Origin: an uncultured bacterium
Lineage (GTDB): Bacteria; Arandabacterota; Arandabacteria; Arandabacterales; Arandabacteraceae
Assembly: GCA_964356335.1 (NCBI GenBank)
Contig: CAYHHI010000017.1
Span: forward strand, 1 to 63,609
Length of the DNA: 63,609 nt
Direction of reading: 5' to 3'
Positions within the stretch are counted from its first letter, which is position 1. The number at the start of each line of letters is the position of its first letter. Of the stretch, positions 36,359-47,090 are shown piece after piece. Position numbers and translations under genes: made by a program. The notes beneath the pieces are model-generated. The model was not told where the DNA came from. It did no database searches and saw only the letters and a program-made list of their open reading frames with translations.

Positions 36359-38749
36359 ATGAGAGTTCCATTCGGCTGGATACAGGAGTTCGTCAAGATT
36401 GACGTCACGCCCGAGGAGCTGTGTGGCTATCTCATCATGCTCGGCTTCGGGGATGCGGAGGTCATACCCAACGAATGGGACATGCTTGACAGCATCGTGG
36501 TCGGCCGGGCGAAGAAGATCACGCCTCATCCAGGCGACCCCCATCTTAAAGTCGTGGAAGTGAATGTCGGTTACACTGACCTTGTTTCCGTGTGTGGCGC
36601 GCCTGACGTGGCTGAGGGTAATCTCTACCCCGTCGCACTGCCTGGGGCCAGGTTGGGCACCGGTCGGACGGTGGACACTGCCGAAATCGGTGGCGTGCTT
36701 TCCCAGTGCGTGCTTTGCTCGGGAAAGGAAGCCTGGATAGATGACTCCAAGGATGAGCTTCTTGGCCTCGACGATGACGTTGCACCAGGCACCAATCTGA
36801 TAGATGCCCTCGGACTTCAGGAGGCCGTGATTGAAATGGAAGTCACGCCGAATCGCGGCGACTGTCTCGGCCTCATAGGCATCGCAAGGGAACTGGCCGC
36901 GGTCTTCTGCAAGGAGCTCATGATCCCCGAACCGGGTCTCAACGAGAACGGGACCGGCATTGGGGAAATGGTTTCGGTTGAGGTGCCTGATCCGGCGGGG
37001 TGCCCGCGCTACGGAGCACTGGTCTGCGAGGATGTTGTTGTGAGAGGCTCGTCGGCACGGACACGTGCAAGGCTAAGGCTTGGGGGCGTCCGGCCGATCA
37101 GCAACATCGTCGATGCCGCTAATCTCGTGCTTCTTGAGACGGGACATCCGCTTCACACCTTTGACCTGGACAAGCTAGCGGGACGGAGGATCATCGTCAG
37201 GCGTGCCCGCGAAGGCGAGAAGATGACCGCGATTGACGGAACCGAATACGATCTCCATGATAACGATCTTGTTATCGCCGACAGTGAGAAACCTGTGGCG
37301 ATTGCAGGCGTGATTGGTGGAAAGGACAGCGAAGTCAGCCCCTCGACGCGGAGGGTCCTGATCGAGGGAGCCTTCTTCGATCATTGCAGTGTCTGGAGGA
37401 CGTCCAAGCGGCATGGCATCTCCACAGAGGCATCCTACAGGTTTGAGAGAAGCGTTGATATCGGGGCCGTGCTCTATGTGTTGGCAAGAACGGGTTCCAT
37501 CATTCAGCAGGATACCAAGTGCAGAATAGCAAGGGGCATGATAGACGTATATCCTCATCCGGTTAAGCCCAGGAGATTCCTTGTGAGCCCGAAGAGGATA
37601 AACAAGCTGCTGGGAACTTCAATTCCTGAGCAGGAGATATGTGATTACCTTGAACGTCTCGGCTTTCTTGTATCACCGGGCAAGGATCTTGAGGTGATCG
37701 TGCCGACAAGGCGAAACGACGTGGACTGTGAGGCCGACGTTGCAGAGGACGTGGCGAGACTCTACGGTTACGATCGAATTGGCGAACGGACGGCCCTCAG
37801 TTGCCAGACCTATGCCAGAATGCCACAGGCTATGCGCAGAACCCGCGAGCTCATGCACACCCTCAAGGGTATGGGGCTTTACGAAGTCGTGACCGATTCC
37901 ATGATCGGACCCAAAGAGCTAGATACTTTCAACCTGAAATCCAGGATAGAGATCTTGAACCCAATTGGCATCCAGACATCCTTTTTGAGGCCAAGTCTAA
38001 TCCCTGGGATTGTGAAATCACTGGTCGACAATGAATTCAAAGGACAGGACGGGATCGCCCTCTTTGAGCTGGGCAAAGTCCATTTCCGGGAAAGTGGCAT
38101 TCCGGCAGAACCTTACAAGCTGGCCATTGGGCTTTCGGGTCTGAAACAACCGCGGGCCTGGTACGCTAAACCATCTGACTTTGATCTATATGACCTGAAA
38201 GGCATTGTTGAGAGCCTTGGTGACTTACTGGGAGTCAGCATGACTTTTGGAGAAGGCGATAGCGAGATTCTCCATCCCGGAAGAAGAATGACGGTCACGC
38301 TTGTGGCCAAGGACACAGAGCACAACCTGGGCTTTCTGGGAGAGCTGGTGCCTCCCATTTCTGAGGCTGTGGGGTCCAAGAGGCGACTTTACGTAGCCGA
38401 ATTGGATTTTGCGCCGCTCCTATTGGTTGCCTCCGGGCCCACGAGACACAAAGAGATTCCGAAGTATCCCGGTGTCAAGAGAGACATAGCCGTCGTTGTC
38501 CCTGAAGGCGTAAAGGAATCGCAGATCAGGGAAGTCATACTTGCCGAAGGAGGTCCGCTCGTGGAATCGGTTGAGATCTTCGATCTCTACCGCGGCGAGC
38601 AGATCCCTAAAGGCACGAAGAGCCTGGCCTACGGGATACTCTTCAGAAGCGAGTCAAGAACCCTCAAAGAGGAGGAGGTCGACGAGCTCCATAAGAAGAT
38701 AGAGGAGAGGCTTAACAAAGAATTCGGTGCTAAGATAAGAACGAAATAG
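36359..38749 (+). CDS. pheT: Phenylalanine--tRNA ligase beta subunit
   Basis: TPNRGDCL, GHPLHTFD, SYRFER, EDVARLYGY, C-terminal FDX-ACB domain. Confidence 0.97.
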   Translation: MRVPFGWIQEFVKIDVTPEELCGYLIMLGFGDAEVIPNEWDMLDSIVVGRAKKITPHPGDPHLKVVEVNVGYTDLVSVCGAPDVAEGNLYPVALPGARLGTGRTVDTAEIGGVLSQCVLCSGKEAWIDDSKDELLGLDDDVAPGTNLIDALGLQEAVIEMEVTPNRGDCLGLIGIARELAAVFCKELMIPEPGLNENGTGIGEMVSVEVPDPAGCPRYGALVCEDVVVRGSSARTRARLRLGGVRPISNIVDAANLVLLETGHPLHTFDLDKLAGRRIIVRRAREGEKMTAIDGTEYDLHDNDLVIADSEKPVAIAGVIGGKDSEVSPSTRRVLIEGAFFDHCSVWRTSKRHGISTEASYRFERSVDIGAVLYVLARTGSIIQQDTKCRIARGMIDVYPHPVKPRRFLVSPKRINKLLGTSIPEQEICDYLERLGFLVSPGKDLEVIVPTRRNDVDCEADVAEDVARLYGYDRIGERTALSCQTYARMPQAMRRTRELMHTLKGMGLYEVVTDSMIGPKELDTFNLKSRIEILNPIGIQTSFLRPSLIPGIVKSLVDNEFKGQDGIALFELGKVHFRESGIPAEPYKLAIGLSGLKQPRAWYAKPSDFDLYDLKGIVESLGDLLGVSMTFGEGDSEILHPGRRMTVTLVAKDTEHNLGFLGELVPPISEAVGSKRRLYVAELDFAPLLLVASGPTRHKEIPKYPGVKRDIAVVVPEGVKESQIREVILAEGGPLVESVEIFDLYRGEQIPKGTKSLAYGILFRSESRTLKEEEVDELHKKIEERLNKEFGAKIRTK

Positions 38750-38775
38750 CAGTTTCGGCGAAGAAAGCGGGGAAT

Positions 38776-39051
38776 GTGATGCCGATTAACGAGCTTGAGC
38801 GTCTTGCAGAAAGGGTTGAGAAACTGGTTGAGGACCTCAAGGCGACCAGATCGGAGAGTCACCATATCTTGTCAGAAAAGAAGAAACTGGAGGAGAAAGT
38901 GGCGAGTCTTGAAAAACAGATGCGCCAATTTCAGAAGGAGGGAGATCAGATAGGTGAGCTTTTGGCTCAGAACAAGGCACATAAGAAGAAGAATGTCTTG
39001 TTGAAATCCAAAGTTGTTTCGATGCTTGCGAAAGTTGAGGGTTTGCAGTAA
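38776..39051 (+). CDS. Small coiled-coil protein, ZapB-like by context
   Basis: Heptad-rich 91 aa between pheT and zapA. Confidence 0.6.
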   Translation: MMPINELERLAERVEKLVEDLKATRSESHHILSEKKKLEEKVASLEKQMRQFQKEGDQIGELLAQNKAHKKKNVLLKSKVVSMLAKVEGLQ

Positions 39052-39129
39052 GGATAACATAGGGGAGTGCATGTGGTGTCGAAGCAGTTCGGGGAATATG
39101 GCTGATGGAGATTTTGGGAGGGAATTCAG

Positions 39130-39420
39130 GTGTCTGATGAGAAGGACGGCGTGACCGTTGAGATATTCGGACACGAGTACAAGATAAGAGGTAACGCTGA
39201 TCCTGACTATATTCTGGAGATTGCGCAATACGTGGACGGTAAAATGAAGGAGGTTGCGCACGGGACACCTGTAGGTTCGCTCACAAAGATTGCTATACTT
39301 GCCGCTTTGAATATCGCCGAGGAGCTTTTCAGAGTGAAGACTGAGAAGCAGAAGGTGTTACAAGATGTTGAGACTTCTACACGTAGAATGCGGCGAAAAT
39401 TGGAGGAGATAGTGCCTTGA
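39130..39420 (+). CDS. zapA: Cell division protein ZapA
   Basis: VTVEIFGHEYKI..YILEIAQYVDGKM..IAILAALNIAEELF. Confidence 0.93.
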   Translation: MSDEKDGVTVEIFGHEYKIRGNADPDYILEIAQYVDGKMKEVAHGTPVGSLTKIAILAALNIAEELFRVKTEKQKVLQDVETSTRRMRRKLEEIVP

Positions 39421-39493
39421 TCTTGTCGAGACACAGATACTTCATCTCCTTGCCATAGCCCCGGATTGTTTTTCCGCCTCTCGTAAGTAGTCA

Positions 39494-39539
39494 CACTCCC
39501 TGACACAATTGCATACAATCAGTAATTGCTGGGGAGGTG
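39494..39539 (+). promoter_or_regulatory. Stem-loop occluding the rny Shine-Dalgarno
   Basis: CTCCCTG pairs with TGGGGAG and CAATTGC with GTAATTG; SD GGAGGTG lies in the 3' arm. Confidence 0.45.
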
Positions 39540-39545
39540 CAGCCC

Positions 39546-41120
39546 ATGAGTAGCATGAATCCGAACATTCTATTGGTGATAGTCAGCATTGTGATGGGTA
39601 TGTTGCTCTTCTTGTTCGGCTGGTACGCACGCAGGCGGGCAAGCGAGAGCAAACTGATGAGCACGGAGAAGCTTGCTGAGAAGATAATCGCTGAGGCAAA
39701 GAGGGAAGCTGAGACCCACAGGCGTGGGGCGGTTCTTGAAGCCAAGGATGAGTGGTACAAGGCTAAGGAGAGCTTTGAGAGGGAGACCCAAGCCCGAAAG
39801 GCGGAACTCTCCAGGCTCGAGAAGCGCTATGCGGAAAGGGAGGCAAGCCTCAATCGCAAGGTCGACATCCTTGAGAAGAAGGAGGCCGAGGTAAGAAAGA
39901 AGGAAAGGGATGTTGGCTTCCGGGATAAGGCGCTTGGCGACAAGGAGCAGGAATTGTCGCGGCTCGTGAGAGAAGAAACGGCCCGTCTTGAGAAGATAGC
40001 CGGAATGACGGCGGAAGAAGCCAAGCAGCTCTTGATCACTAACCTCGAGAACGAGGCAAGGCAAGCGGCGGCCCACCTGGTACGGCAGATACGGGAGGAG
40101 GCCGAGCGGAAGGCGGATCGTGAGGCGAGGGAGATCCTCACGCTGGCTATCCAGAGGTGTGCGGCCGATCACGTGGTCGAATCAACGGTTTCTGTGGTGT
40201 CCCTACCCAACGAAGAGATGAAGGGCCGGATAATCGGACGAGAGGGAAGAAACATAAGATCGTTCGAACTTGCCACAGGGATAGACGTGATAATAGACGA
40301 CACCCCTGAGGCTGTGATTCTCTCGGGCTTTGATCCTGTACGGCGTGAAGTCGCCAAGATTTCGCTCGAGAGGCTTGTTGCCGACGGGCGGATCCACCCG
40401 GCACGGATCGAGGAGATCGTCGCCAAGGTCCAGGCCGAGATGGACGAGAAGATAAGAGAGGTCGGAGAGCAGGTTTCCCTTGACGTCGGGGTACATGGCC
40501 TTCATCCCGAGCTCATAAAGTTGCTGGGAAGGCTCCAGTACCGGACAAGTTACGGCCAGAACGTCTTGCAGCACAGCAAGGAAGTCGCATATCTTGCCGG
40601 GATGATGGCCGCGGAGCTGAAGTTCGACGTGTCACTGGCCAAGCGGGCAGGCCTTCTGCATGACATAGGTAAGGCTGTTGACCACGAGGCCGAAGGCACG
40701 CATACGCAGATCGGCGGGGAGCTTGCAGAGAAATTCGGCGAGAATCCGGGCGTGGTTCACGCCGTATCCTCTCACCACAGTGATTCGGTCACCGAATCAG
40801 CAATCTCAGTGCTCGTCCAGGCGGCTGATGCTGTCTCGAGCGCAAGGCCAGGCGCGCGGCGGGAAACGCTCGAGGGCTACGTCAAGCGGCTTGAGAAGCT
40901 TGAGAAGATAGCGGACTCGTTCAGGGGCGTGGCCAAGGCGTTCGCCATTCAGGCCGGACGTGAGATCCGGATCATGGTCGAGAGCAAGGAGATCGACGAC
41001 AGCAAGGCCGAGGAGCTTGCCGGTGAAATCGCAAGGAAGGTTGAGAAGGAGCTCGAGTATCCTGGGCAGGTCAAGGTGGTTGTGATACGCGAGACCAGAG
41101 CGATTCAATATGCCAAGTAG
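39546..41120 (+). CDS. rny: Ribonuclease Y
   Basis: N-terminal TM helix, coiled coil, KH ([14 protein letters not shown]), HD (LLHDIGK); ATG 39546. Confidence 0.98.
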   Translation: MSSMNPNILLVIVSIVMGMLLFLFGWYARRRASESKLMSTEKLAEKIIAEAKREAETHRRGAVLEAKDEWYKAKESFERETQARKAELSRLEKRYAEREASLNRKVDILEKKEAEVRKKERDVGFRDKALGDKEQELSRLVREETARLEKIAGMTAEEAKQLLITNLENEARQAAAHLVRQIREEAERKADREAREILTLAIQRCAADHVVESTVSVVSLPNEEMKGRIIGREGRNIRSFELATGIDVIIDDTPEAVILSGFDPVRREVAKISLERLVADGRIHPARIEEIVAKVQAEMDEKIREVGEQVSLDVGVHGLHPELIKLLGRLQYRTSYGQNVLQHSKEVAYLAGMMAAELKFDVSLAKRAGLLHDIGKAVDHEAEGTHTQIGGELAEKFGENPGVVHAVSSHHSDSVTESAISVLVQAADAVSSARPGARRETLEGYVKRLEKLEKIADSFRGVAKAFAIQAGREIRIMVESKEIDDSKAEELAGEIARKVEKELEYPGQVKVVVIRETRAIQYAK

Positions 41121-41919
41121 CGGCGAGCTCAATATTCTCTTCATCGGGGACATCATCGGGCGCCAGGGCCGCAATGCGGTCGAACGGCTTCTGCCGGGGC
41201 TCAAACAGGAATTCAGCATTGATCTCACTATCGCTAACTGCGAAAACGTCGCGGGTGGGTTCGGACTGACGAAGAAACTCGCCGACGAACTCGCGAGCCT
41301 TGGCATAGACGTCATGACCTCGGGCAACCACATCTGGGACCGCAGAGAAGTGATGCCCGACCTTGATTCGATGTCCAATGTCTTGAGGCCCCTCAATTAT
41401 CCGAGGGGTGTGCCCGGCAGGGGCTGGGCGATCTATGAGACCGGGCGCAATGTCAAAGTCTGCGTCATAAACCTGATTGGAAGGGTTTTCATGCGGGCCC
41501 TGGACTGCCCGTTCAGAGCGGCTGATGCCATCCTGTCTCAGGTTCAAGGAGCAGTTACGGTCGTTGACATGCATGCCGAGGCGACAAGCGAAAAGGTCGC
41601 GATGGGGTGGTATCTTGATGGACGAGTGGCGGCAGTGTTGGGGACACACACCCACGTGCAGACTGCCGATGAGCGCGTCTTGCCGCGAGGGACAGCCTAT
41701 ATCACGGATGTCGGGATGACGGGGCCGTTTGATTCGGTGATCGGCGTAGATACCGCTGCTATTATAGACCGTTTCCTTACAGGCATTCCATCGCGTTTCG
41801 ATTCGGCCACTGGAGACGTGCGCCTCTGCGGCACAGTGATCTCCGTAGATTGCCAGTCTCAGAAGGCGGTGGCGATCAAGAGGATCAATTGCGCCCTTGA
41901 GCCGGGAGAGGCCAGATGA
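41110..41919 (+). CDS. ymdB: YmdB-like metallophosphoesterase (TIGR00282 family)
   Basis: [39 protein letters not shown]. Confidence 0.93.
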   Translation: MPSSGELNILFIGDIIGRQGRNAVERLLPGLKQEFSIDLTIANCENVAGGFGLTKKLADELASLGIDVMTSGNHIWDRREVMPDLDSMSNVLRPLNYPRGVPGRGWAIYETGRNVKVCVINLIGRVFMRALDCPFRAADAILSQVQGAVTVVDMHAEATSEKVAMGWYLDGRVAAVLGTHTHVQTADERVLPRGTAYITDVGMTGPFDSVIGVDTAAIIDRFLTGIPSRFDSATGDVRLCGTVISVDCQSQKAVAIKRINCALEPGEAR

Positions 41920-42803
41920 CGGCGACTCTGCTTGAAGGGAAACCCCTCGCTCGAGAGATCGAAGCTAAGTTGGTTGAGGAAGTGGCTGAGCTGAAGCGTG
42001 CCGGTATCGTCCCCTGCCTCAATGTCGTCCTTGTTGGCGACGACCCGGCCTCCGAGATATATACCTCCAGCAAAGCAAGAGCATGCACGAGAATCGGAAT
42101 CGAGTCGCAAACGATGCGGCTCCCCGCCTCAACCCCGCAAGACGAGGTCGTGCGGATCCTCGGCGGCCTCAATGAGGATCCAGCTGTTCATGGTATTCTG
42201 GTTCAGCTTCCACTTCCGCCGGCGATTGATCCGGATGCGATTCTCCGCGCCATCAAACCCCAGAAGGATGTTGACGGTTCCACCCCTGAGAACATGGGCC
42301 GGCTCCTGCTTGGATTTCCTTACACGATCCCGTGCACGCCTGCCGGCATAGTCGAGCTGCTCGAGCACTCGGGTGTCAAGATTGAAGGCATGAATGTTGT
42401 GATCGTAGGCAGGAGCAATATAGTTGGTAAGCCCCTTGCGGCACTCCTCATGCAGAAAGCCAGGGGCAGGAATTGCACTGTCACGGTCTGCCACTCCAGA
42501 ACGCGGGACATTGGGCAGATGACAAAGCTTGCGGACATGGTGGTTACAGCCATGGGGAGTCCCCGTTTCCTCAAGGCCGAAATGGTAAAGCGAGGCTGCG
42601 TCATCATCGATGTGGGTATAACGCGGGTCAGTGATTCTTCATCGGAGAAAGGCTACGTGATCGTGGGAGATGCCGATTTCGGCCCGCTCTCTCAGTTGGC
42701 CTCTTATATCACACCCGTGCCCGGCGGTGTGGGCCCGCTCACAGTCGCCATGCTGCTCAGGAATACGGTCAAAGTGGCAAGGTATCTCGCATGCAGATCT
42801 TAG
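41916..42803 (+). CDS. folD: Methylenetetrahydrofolate dehydrogenase/cyclohydrolase
   Basis: GILVQLPLP, KDVDG, PCTP, GRSNIVGKP, TPVPGGVGP. Confidence 0.97.
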   Translation: MTATLLEGKPLAREIEAKLVEEVAELKRAGIVPCLNVVLVGDDPASEIYTSSKARACTRIGIESQTMRLPASTPQDEVVRILGGLNEDPAVHGILVQLPLPPAIDPDAILRAIKPQKDVDGSTPENMGRLLLGFPYTIPCTPAGIVELLEHSGVKIEGMNVVIVGRSNIVGKPLAALLMQKARGRNCTVTVCHSRTRDIGQMTKLADMVVTAMGSPRFLKAEMVKRGCVIIDVGITRVSDSSSEKGYVIVGDADFGPLSQLASYITPVPGGVGPLTVAMLLRNTVKVARYLACRS

Positions 42804-44020
42804 AAGGTCCTCGGGAAGGCGAGAGGATTTACACAGTAGGCGAGATAACGGCATCTGTAAAAGACACTATTGAGAATAGATTTCCCCACCTGTGGATCGT
42901 TGGGGAGATCTCGAACTGCACGCTCCATTCATCAGGTCACGCCTACTTCACTCTCAAAGACGATATTGCCCAGATAAGTTGCGTGCTCTTCAGGTCTGCC
43001 CGGCAGATCGCTGTTTCTCCCGAGGATGGCCTCAAGGTCTTTGCCCAGGGCAGGATAAGCGTCTACGAGAAGCGCGGCCAGTATCAATTGATCGTCAACA
43101 CGATTCTGCCCGTGGGCAGGGGAGATCTGTATGCGGCATTCAACGAGCTCAAGGCGAGACTTGAGAAGGAAGGGCTCTTCGATCCCTCGCGCAAGAAGGA
43201 GCTTCCCAGATTCGCCTCGCGGCTCGGCGTCGTGACATCCCCGACAGGTGCTGCTGTCAGAGATGTGATAAGGATAGCAAGAAAAATATACGCAGGCGTC
43301 GAAATCATTGTGTATCCGGTCAAGGTACAGGGAGAGGGAGCCGCGGAAGACATATCCAAAGCAATACGTGATCTCAATTGGTTTGGTGAGGTTGACGTCA
43401 TTATCCTGGCAAGAGGCGGAGGCTCGATCGAGGATCTGTGGGCCTTCAACGAGGAGGTCGTGGCAAGAGCGATCAGGGCCTCATCGATCCCCGTGGTTTC
43501 AGCGGTTGGGCACGAGATTGACTTTACGATAGCCGATTTCGCAGCCGACGCGAGGGCGCCGACGCCGTCGGCGGCTCCGACCATTGTGCTCGCCGACTAC
43601 GTTGACGTGAGAACCAGGCTCGATAGTTTCCTGAGACACGCGATCCGGGCCGTTACGGTCAAACTAGGAACCCACAGAAGATTCCTCGAGAGTCTTGCCA
43701 CACGGTATGGTCTAAGAAGAATCAAAGATAGGCTGTTCACTGCGGCGCGCGATCTTGACGAGGCGGTAACACTTGCCGAGCGCCTCGTGAAATCGAGGAT
43801 AGAAAGCGAAAAGAGCGCCCTTGCGAATCTGGTTGGCAAGATTGAGTCGCTGAATCCACTCTCCACTCTCAGAAGAGGGTACTCAGTCTGCTACAAACAA
43901 GATACGGACGAGAGGGTTACCTGTTACAGGCAGGTAAACCCTGGGGACCATGTGCGTGTACTCTTCGCCGAGGGCAGGGCGATTTGTGAGGTTGAGAGAG
44001 CAGACAAGGAGATAGGGTAG
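42791..44020 (+). CDS. xseA: Exodeoxyribonuclease VII large subunit
   Basis: GEISN..SGHAYFTLKD, RGGGSIEDLWAFN, GHEID, TPS. Confidence 0.97.
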   Translation: MQILEGPREGERIYTVGEITASVKDTIENRFPHLWIVGEISNCTLHSSGHAYFTLKDDIAQISCVLFRSARQIAVSPEDGLKVFAQGRISVYEKRGQYQLIVNTILPVGRGDLYAAFNELKARLEKEGLFDPSRKKELPRFASRLGVVTSPTGAAVRDVIRIARKIYAGVEIIVYPVKVQGEGAAEDISKAIRDLNWFGEVDVIILARGGGSIEDLWAFNEEVVARAIRASSIPVVSAVGHEIDFTIADFAADARAPTPSAAPTIVLADYVDVRTRLDSFLRHAIRAVTVKLGTHRRFLESLATRYGLRRIKDRLFTAARDLDEAVTLAERLVKSRIESEKSALANLVGKIESLNPLSTLRRGYSVCYKQDTDERVTCYRQVNPGDHVRVLFAEGRAICEVERADKEIG

Positions 44021-44254
44021 ATGGCTGAGCCAAGTTTCGAGGAAGCCATGAAAAGGATCGAGCAAATAGTCGCCGATCTCGAAAAGAGCGATATCCCGCT
44101 GGATGAGTCGCTCACCCGCTTCGAAGAAGCCGTCAAGCTGGCACGGATTTGCCACCGCAAGCTCGATGAAGCCCAAAAGAAAGTCTCCAAACTGGTCGGG
44201 ACTGATGATGGTGGTTTTGCACTTGAACCTTTTGAGGAATCAAGAGAAGATTAA
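44021..44254 (+). CDS. xseB: Exodeoxyribonuclease VII small subunit
   Basis: SFEEAMKRIEQIVADLE..LDESL..FEE..C..L. Confidence 0.95.
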   Translation: MAEPSFEEAMKRIEQIVADLEKSDIPLDESLTRFEEAVKLARICHRKLDEAQKKVSKLVGTDDGGFALEPFEESRED

Positions 44255-44289
44255 AGGGTTGGCTTGCGGCCGAGGAAGATAGAGTCTAA

Positions 44290-45195
44290 ATGGATGAAAG
44301 CAAGGACATCGATCTCAAATCCTATCTTGAGACCAGATGCATCCTCGTGGACAGGACTCTGGAAAGGTACTTGCCTCCCGAGCACACTCACCCCGAAGAC
44401 CTCAGCAAGGCGATGCGCTACAGTGTCTTCAGCGGCGGGAAAAGGTTCCGGCCCATTCTCTGCATTGCAAGTTTCGAATGCTGTGGTGGAAAGGGAGATG
44501 CGGTTCTTCCGGTGGCCTGCGCGCTCGAACTCATACATACCTATTCGCTTATCCATGATGATCTTCCCTGCATGGATGATGACGACTTGAGAAGGGGCAA
44601 GCCCACGAGCCACAAAGTCTTTGGAGAAGCGGTTGCAGTGCTGGCAGGTGACGCTCTCTTGAGCTTCGCCATTGAGATTGTGGTGAAGGAAGGTGGAAGA
44701 GGGCTTTCGCCCGATCGCATCGTCCGCATACTTGGAGATATCTTGAAGGCCGCCGGTCCGGAAGGCATGGTCGCGGGACAGGTGGTGGACATCCAGAGCC
44801 AGGGGAAGGGGGCTGACCTGGATACTCTGAAATACATTCATAGCCGGAAGACCGGTGCCCTGATCGCCAGCTCTGCCAGGTGCGGAGCCATCGCCGCGGG
44901 CGGAATCGATTCGGTCATCGAACGGGTTTCGACCTATGGGGCCAGGGTGGGCCTTGCCTTCCAGATAGTGGATGATGTCCTTGATGCTGAGGGAAAATTC
45001 GGCCATTTGAAATCCGGATCGGGCCTGGATGAGAAGAAAATGAAACTGACCTATCCTGCTGCGTTCGGACTTGACGAATCCAAGGCGATCGCAGCGCGGC
45101 TTGCAAACGAGGCCAAGGAAGCCATTGGGCCTCTCGGGCAGGCTGGCTTGCCTCTGCAACTGCTGGCTGACCTGGTGGTGAATCGCTCGTCTTGA
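44290..45195 (+). CDS. ispA: Farnesyl/geranylgeranyl diphosphate synthase
   Basis: GGKRFRP, SLIHDDLPCMDDDDLRRGKP, KTGAL, FQIVDD. Confidence 0.95.
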   Translation: MDESKDIDLKSYLETRCILVDRTLERYLPPEHTHPEDLSKAMRYSVFSGGKRFRPILCIASFECCGGKGDAVLPVACALELIHTYSLIHDDLPCMDDDDLRRGKPTSHKVFGEAVAVLAGDALLSFAIEIVVKEGGRGLSPDRIVRILGDILKAAGPEGMVAGQVVDIQSQGKGADLDTLKYIHSRKTGALIASSARCGAIAAGGIDSVIERVSTYGARVGLAFQIVDDVLDAEGKFGHLKSGSGLDEKKMKLTYPAAFGLDESKAIAARLANEAKEAIGPLGQAGLPLQLLADLVVNRSS

Positions 45196-45208
45196 GGAGG
45201 TCTCCAAA

Positions 45209-47086
45209 ACGGCACTTCTTGACCGTGTAGATTGCCCGAAGGATATCAAGCAACTCTCTCCCGGGGAGCTGGTCAGTCTCGCAAATGAGATAAGGGAGAG
45301 GATCATCTCCGTGGTCTCAAGAACCGGCGGCCATCTGGCTCCGAGTCTTGGTGTGGTGGACCTGACGGTTGCGCTTCATTACTGCTTTGATTCTCCCGGG
45401 GACAAGATCGTCTGGGACGTCGGGCATCAGGCCTATGCTCACAAGATCATAACGGGAAGAAGAGAAGGCTTCGAGAACCTGAGAATGAAGGGTGGCGTGA
45501 GCGGGTTTCCCAGGATTGATGAGAGCGAGCACGACGCCTTTGGGACCGGGCACGCCAGCACATCAATATCGGCAGCTCTTGGGCTTGCCTGCGCAAGGGA
45601 TTTGAAAGGGGAGCGATATCACGTCATTGCTGTGATCGGGGACGGAGCCTTGACAGGCGGTATGGCCTTTGAGGGCCTCAACCAGGCCGGGCATCTCAAG
45701 CGGGATCTCATCGTGATCCTCAATGACAACAAGATGTCTATCTCCACGAATGTCGGAGCGCTCTCCCAGTATCTCACGAGGCTCATATCCGCGCCGGTTT
45801 ACAGAAGGTTCGAAGCCGACGTATGGGAGCTCCTGGGCAAGGTTCCGTCAGTAGGCTTTAAGGCGCGCGGCCTGGCGCGCAGGATTAAGGAAAGCCTTAA
45901 GAGCCTCATGGTCCCTGGAATCCTCTTTGAGGAGCTTGGTTTCCGATACTATGGCCCTGTTGACGGGCACAACATAGAGCAGCTGGTGAGCGTCCTCAAT
46001 CACATAAAGGAGTTCAAAGGCCCCCAGATCGTTCATGTCCTGACCACAAAGGGCAAGGGCTACTCACATGCCGAGAACGATTCGAGCAGGTTCCACGGCA
46101 TAGGCTCATTCGACAAGAAGACCGGCGTCCTGGAGAAGCAGTCCGGTTTGCCGTCTTACACCGAGGTGTTTGGAAAGACCCTCGTTGAAATCGCAGCCCA
46201 ACGAAAAGACGTTGTAGCCATAACGGCTGCCATGCCGGATGGGACAGGACTCACGCTCTTCCGGGACAAATATCCTGACAGATTCTTCGATGTCGGGATA
46301 GCCGAGCAGCACGGCACCACTTTCGCCGCTGCTCTTGCGATGGCAGGCCTCAAGCCTGTGGTCGCGATCTATTCGACCTTCCTTCAGCGGGCCTTTGATC
46401 AGCTGGTTCATGACGTTGCCCTCCAGAATCTAAACGTCGCCTTTGCCATTGACAGAGGCGGCCTGGTTGGCGAGGACGGCCCCACTCACCACGGTGTGCT
46501 TGACCTGGCCTATCTCGGGCAGATCCCCAACATGGTTGTGATGTCACCCAAGGATGAGAATGAGCTCAGGCACATGATTGCCACAATGGTGGAGTACAAG
46601 GGGGGTCCGATCGCCACAAGGTACCCGAGGGATTATGGCTATGGAGTGCCATGTGACGAGCCTCTCAAGGTTTTGGAGATCGGCAAAGCCGAGGTGTTGA
46701 GGCGCGGTGGCGATGTCGCCCTTGTGGGGATCGGATCGATGGTGATGGCTTGTGTCAAGGCGGCCGACCTACTCGCGAGCGAAGGCATCAAGGCGTGGGT
46801 CATCAATGCCAGGTTTGTCAAACCTCTTGATGCTTCGCTAATAAGCGAGATCGCCTCGTCGGTAGCACTTATCGTGACGGCTGAGGAGAACGTCGTGCGG
46901 GGCGGCTTCGGAAGTGCCGTGAGTGAAATGTTGCTTGAGAGGGGGATCAATACCCCCCTTGTGATACTTGGCCTGCCTGATAGGTTCGTCGGTCACGGCA
47001 GGAGATATGACCTGCTCAAGGAGATGGGAATCTCGCCTGAGGGTATTGCCCAGGCAGTAAGGCAGCGGCTGGCGAAGCGTAGGTGA
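45209..47086 (+). CDS. dxs: 1-deoxy-D-xylulose-5-phosphate synthase; probable ACG start
   Basis: Conserved N-terminus ALLDRVDCPKDIKQLS..LANEIRERI lies upstream of track start 45311; GGHL, WDVGHQAY, GDGAL, DVGIAEQH, DGPTHHG. Confidence 0.96.
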   Translation, partial: TALLDRVDCPKDIKQLSPGELVSLANEIRERIISVVSRTGGHLAPSLGVVDLTVALHYCFDSPGDKIVWDVGHQAYAHKIITGRREGFENLRMKGGVSGFPRIDESEHDAFGTGHASTSISAALGLACARDLKGERYHVIAVIGDGALTGGMAFEGLNQAGHLKRDLIVILNDNKMSISTNVGALSQYLTRLISAPVYRRFEADVWELLGKVPSVGFKARGLARRIKESLKSLMVPGILFEELGFRYYGPVDGHNIEQLVSVLNHIKEFKGPQIVHVLTTKGKGYSHAENDSSRFHGIGSFDKKTGVLEKQSGLPSYTEVFGKTLVEIAAQRKDVVAITAAMPDGTGLTLFRDKYPDRFFDVGIAEQHGTTFAAALAMAGLKPVVAIYSTFLQRAFDQLVHDVALQNLNVAFAIDRGGLVGEDGPTHHGVLDLAYLGQIPNMVVMSPKDENELRHMIATMVEYKGGPIATRYPRDYGYGVPCDEPLKVLEIGKAEVLRRGGDVALVGIGSMVMACVKAADLLASEGIKAWVINARFVKPLDASLISEIASSVALIVTAEENVVRGGFGSAVSEMLLERGINTPLVILGLPDRFVGHGRRYDLLKEMGISPEGIAQAVRQRLAKRR

Positions 47087-47090
47087 CGAT

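Noticed and set aside
39421-39545. 6S RNA, often found downstream of zapA
   Set aside because: Only about 125 bp are available and I see no long closing stem with a central bubble; only the short SD hairpin is supported
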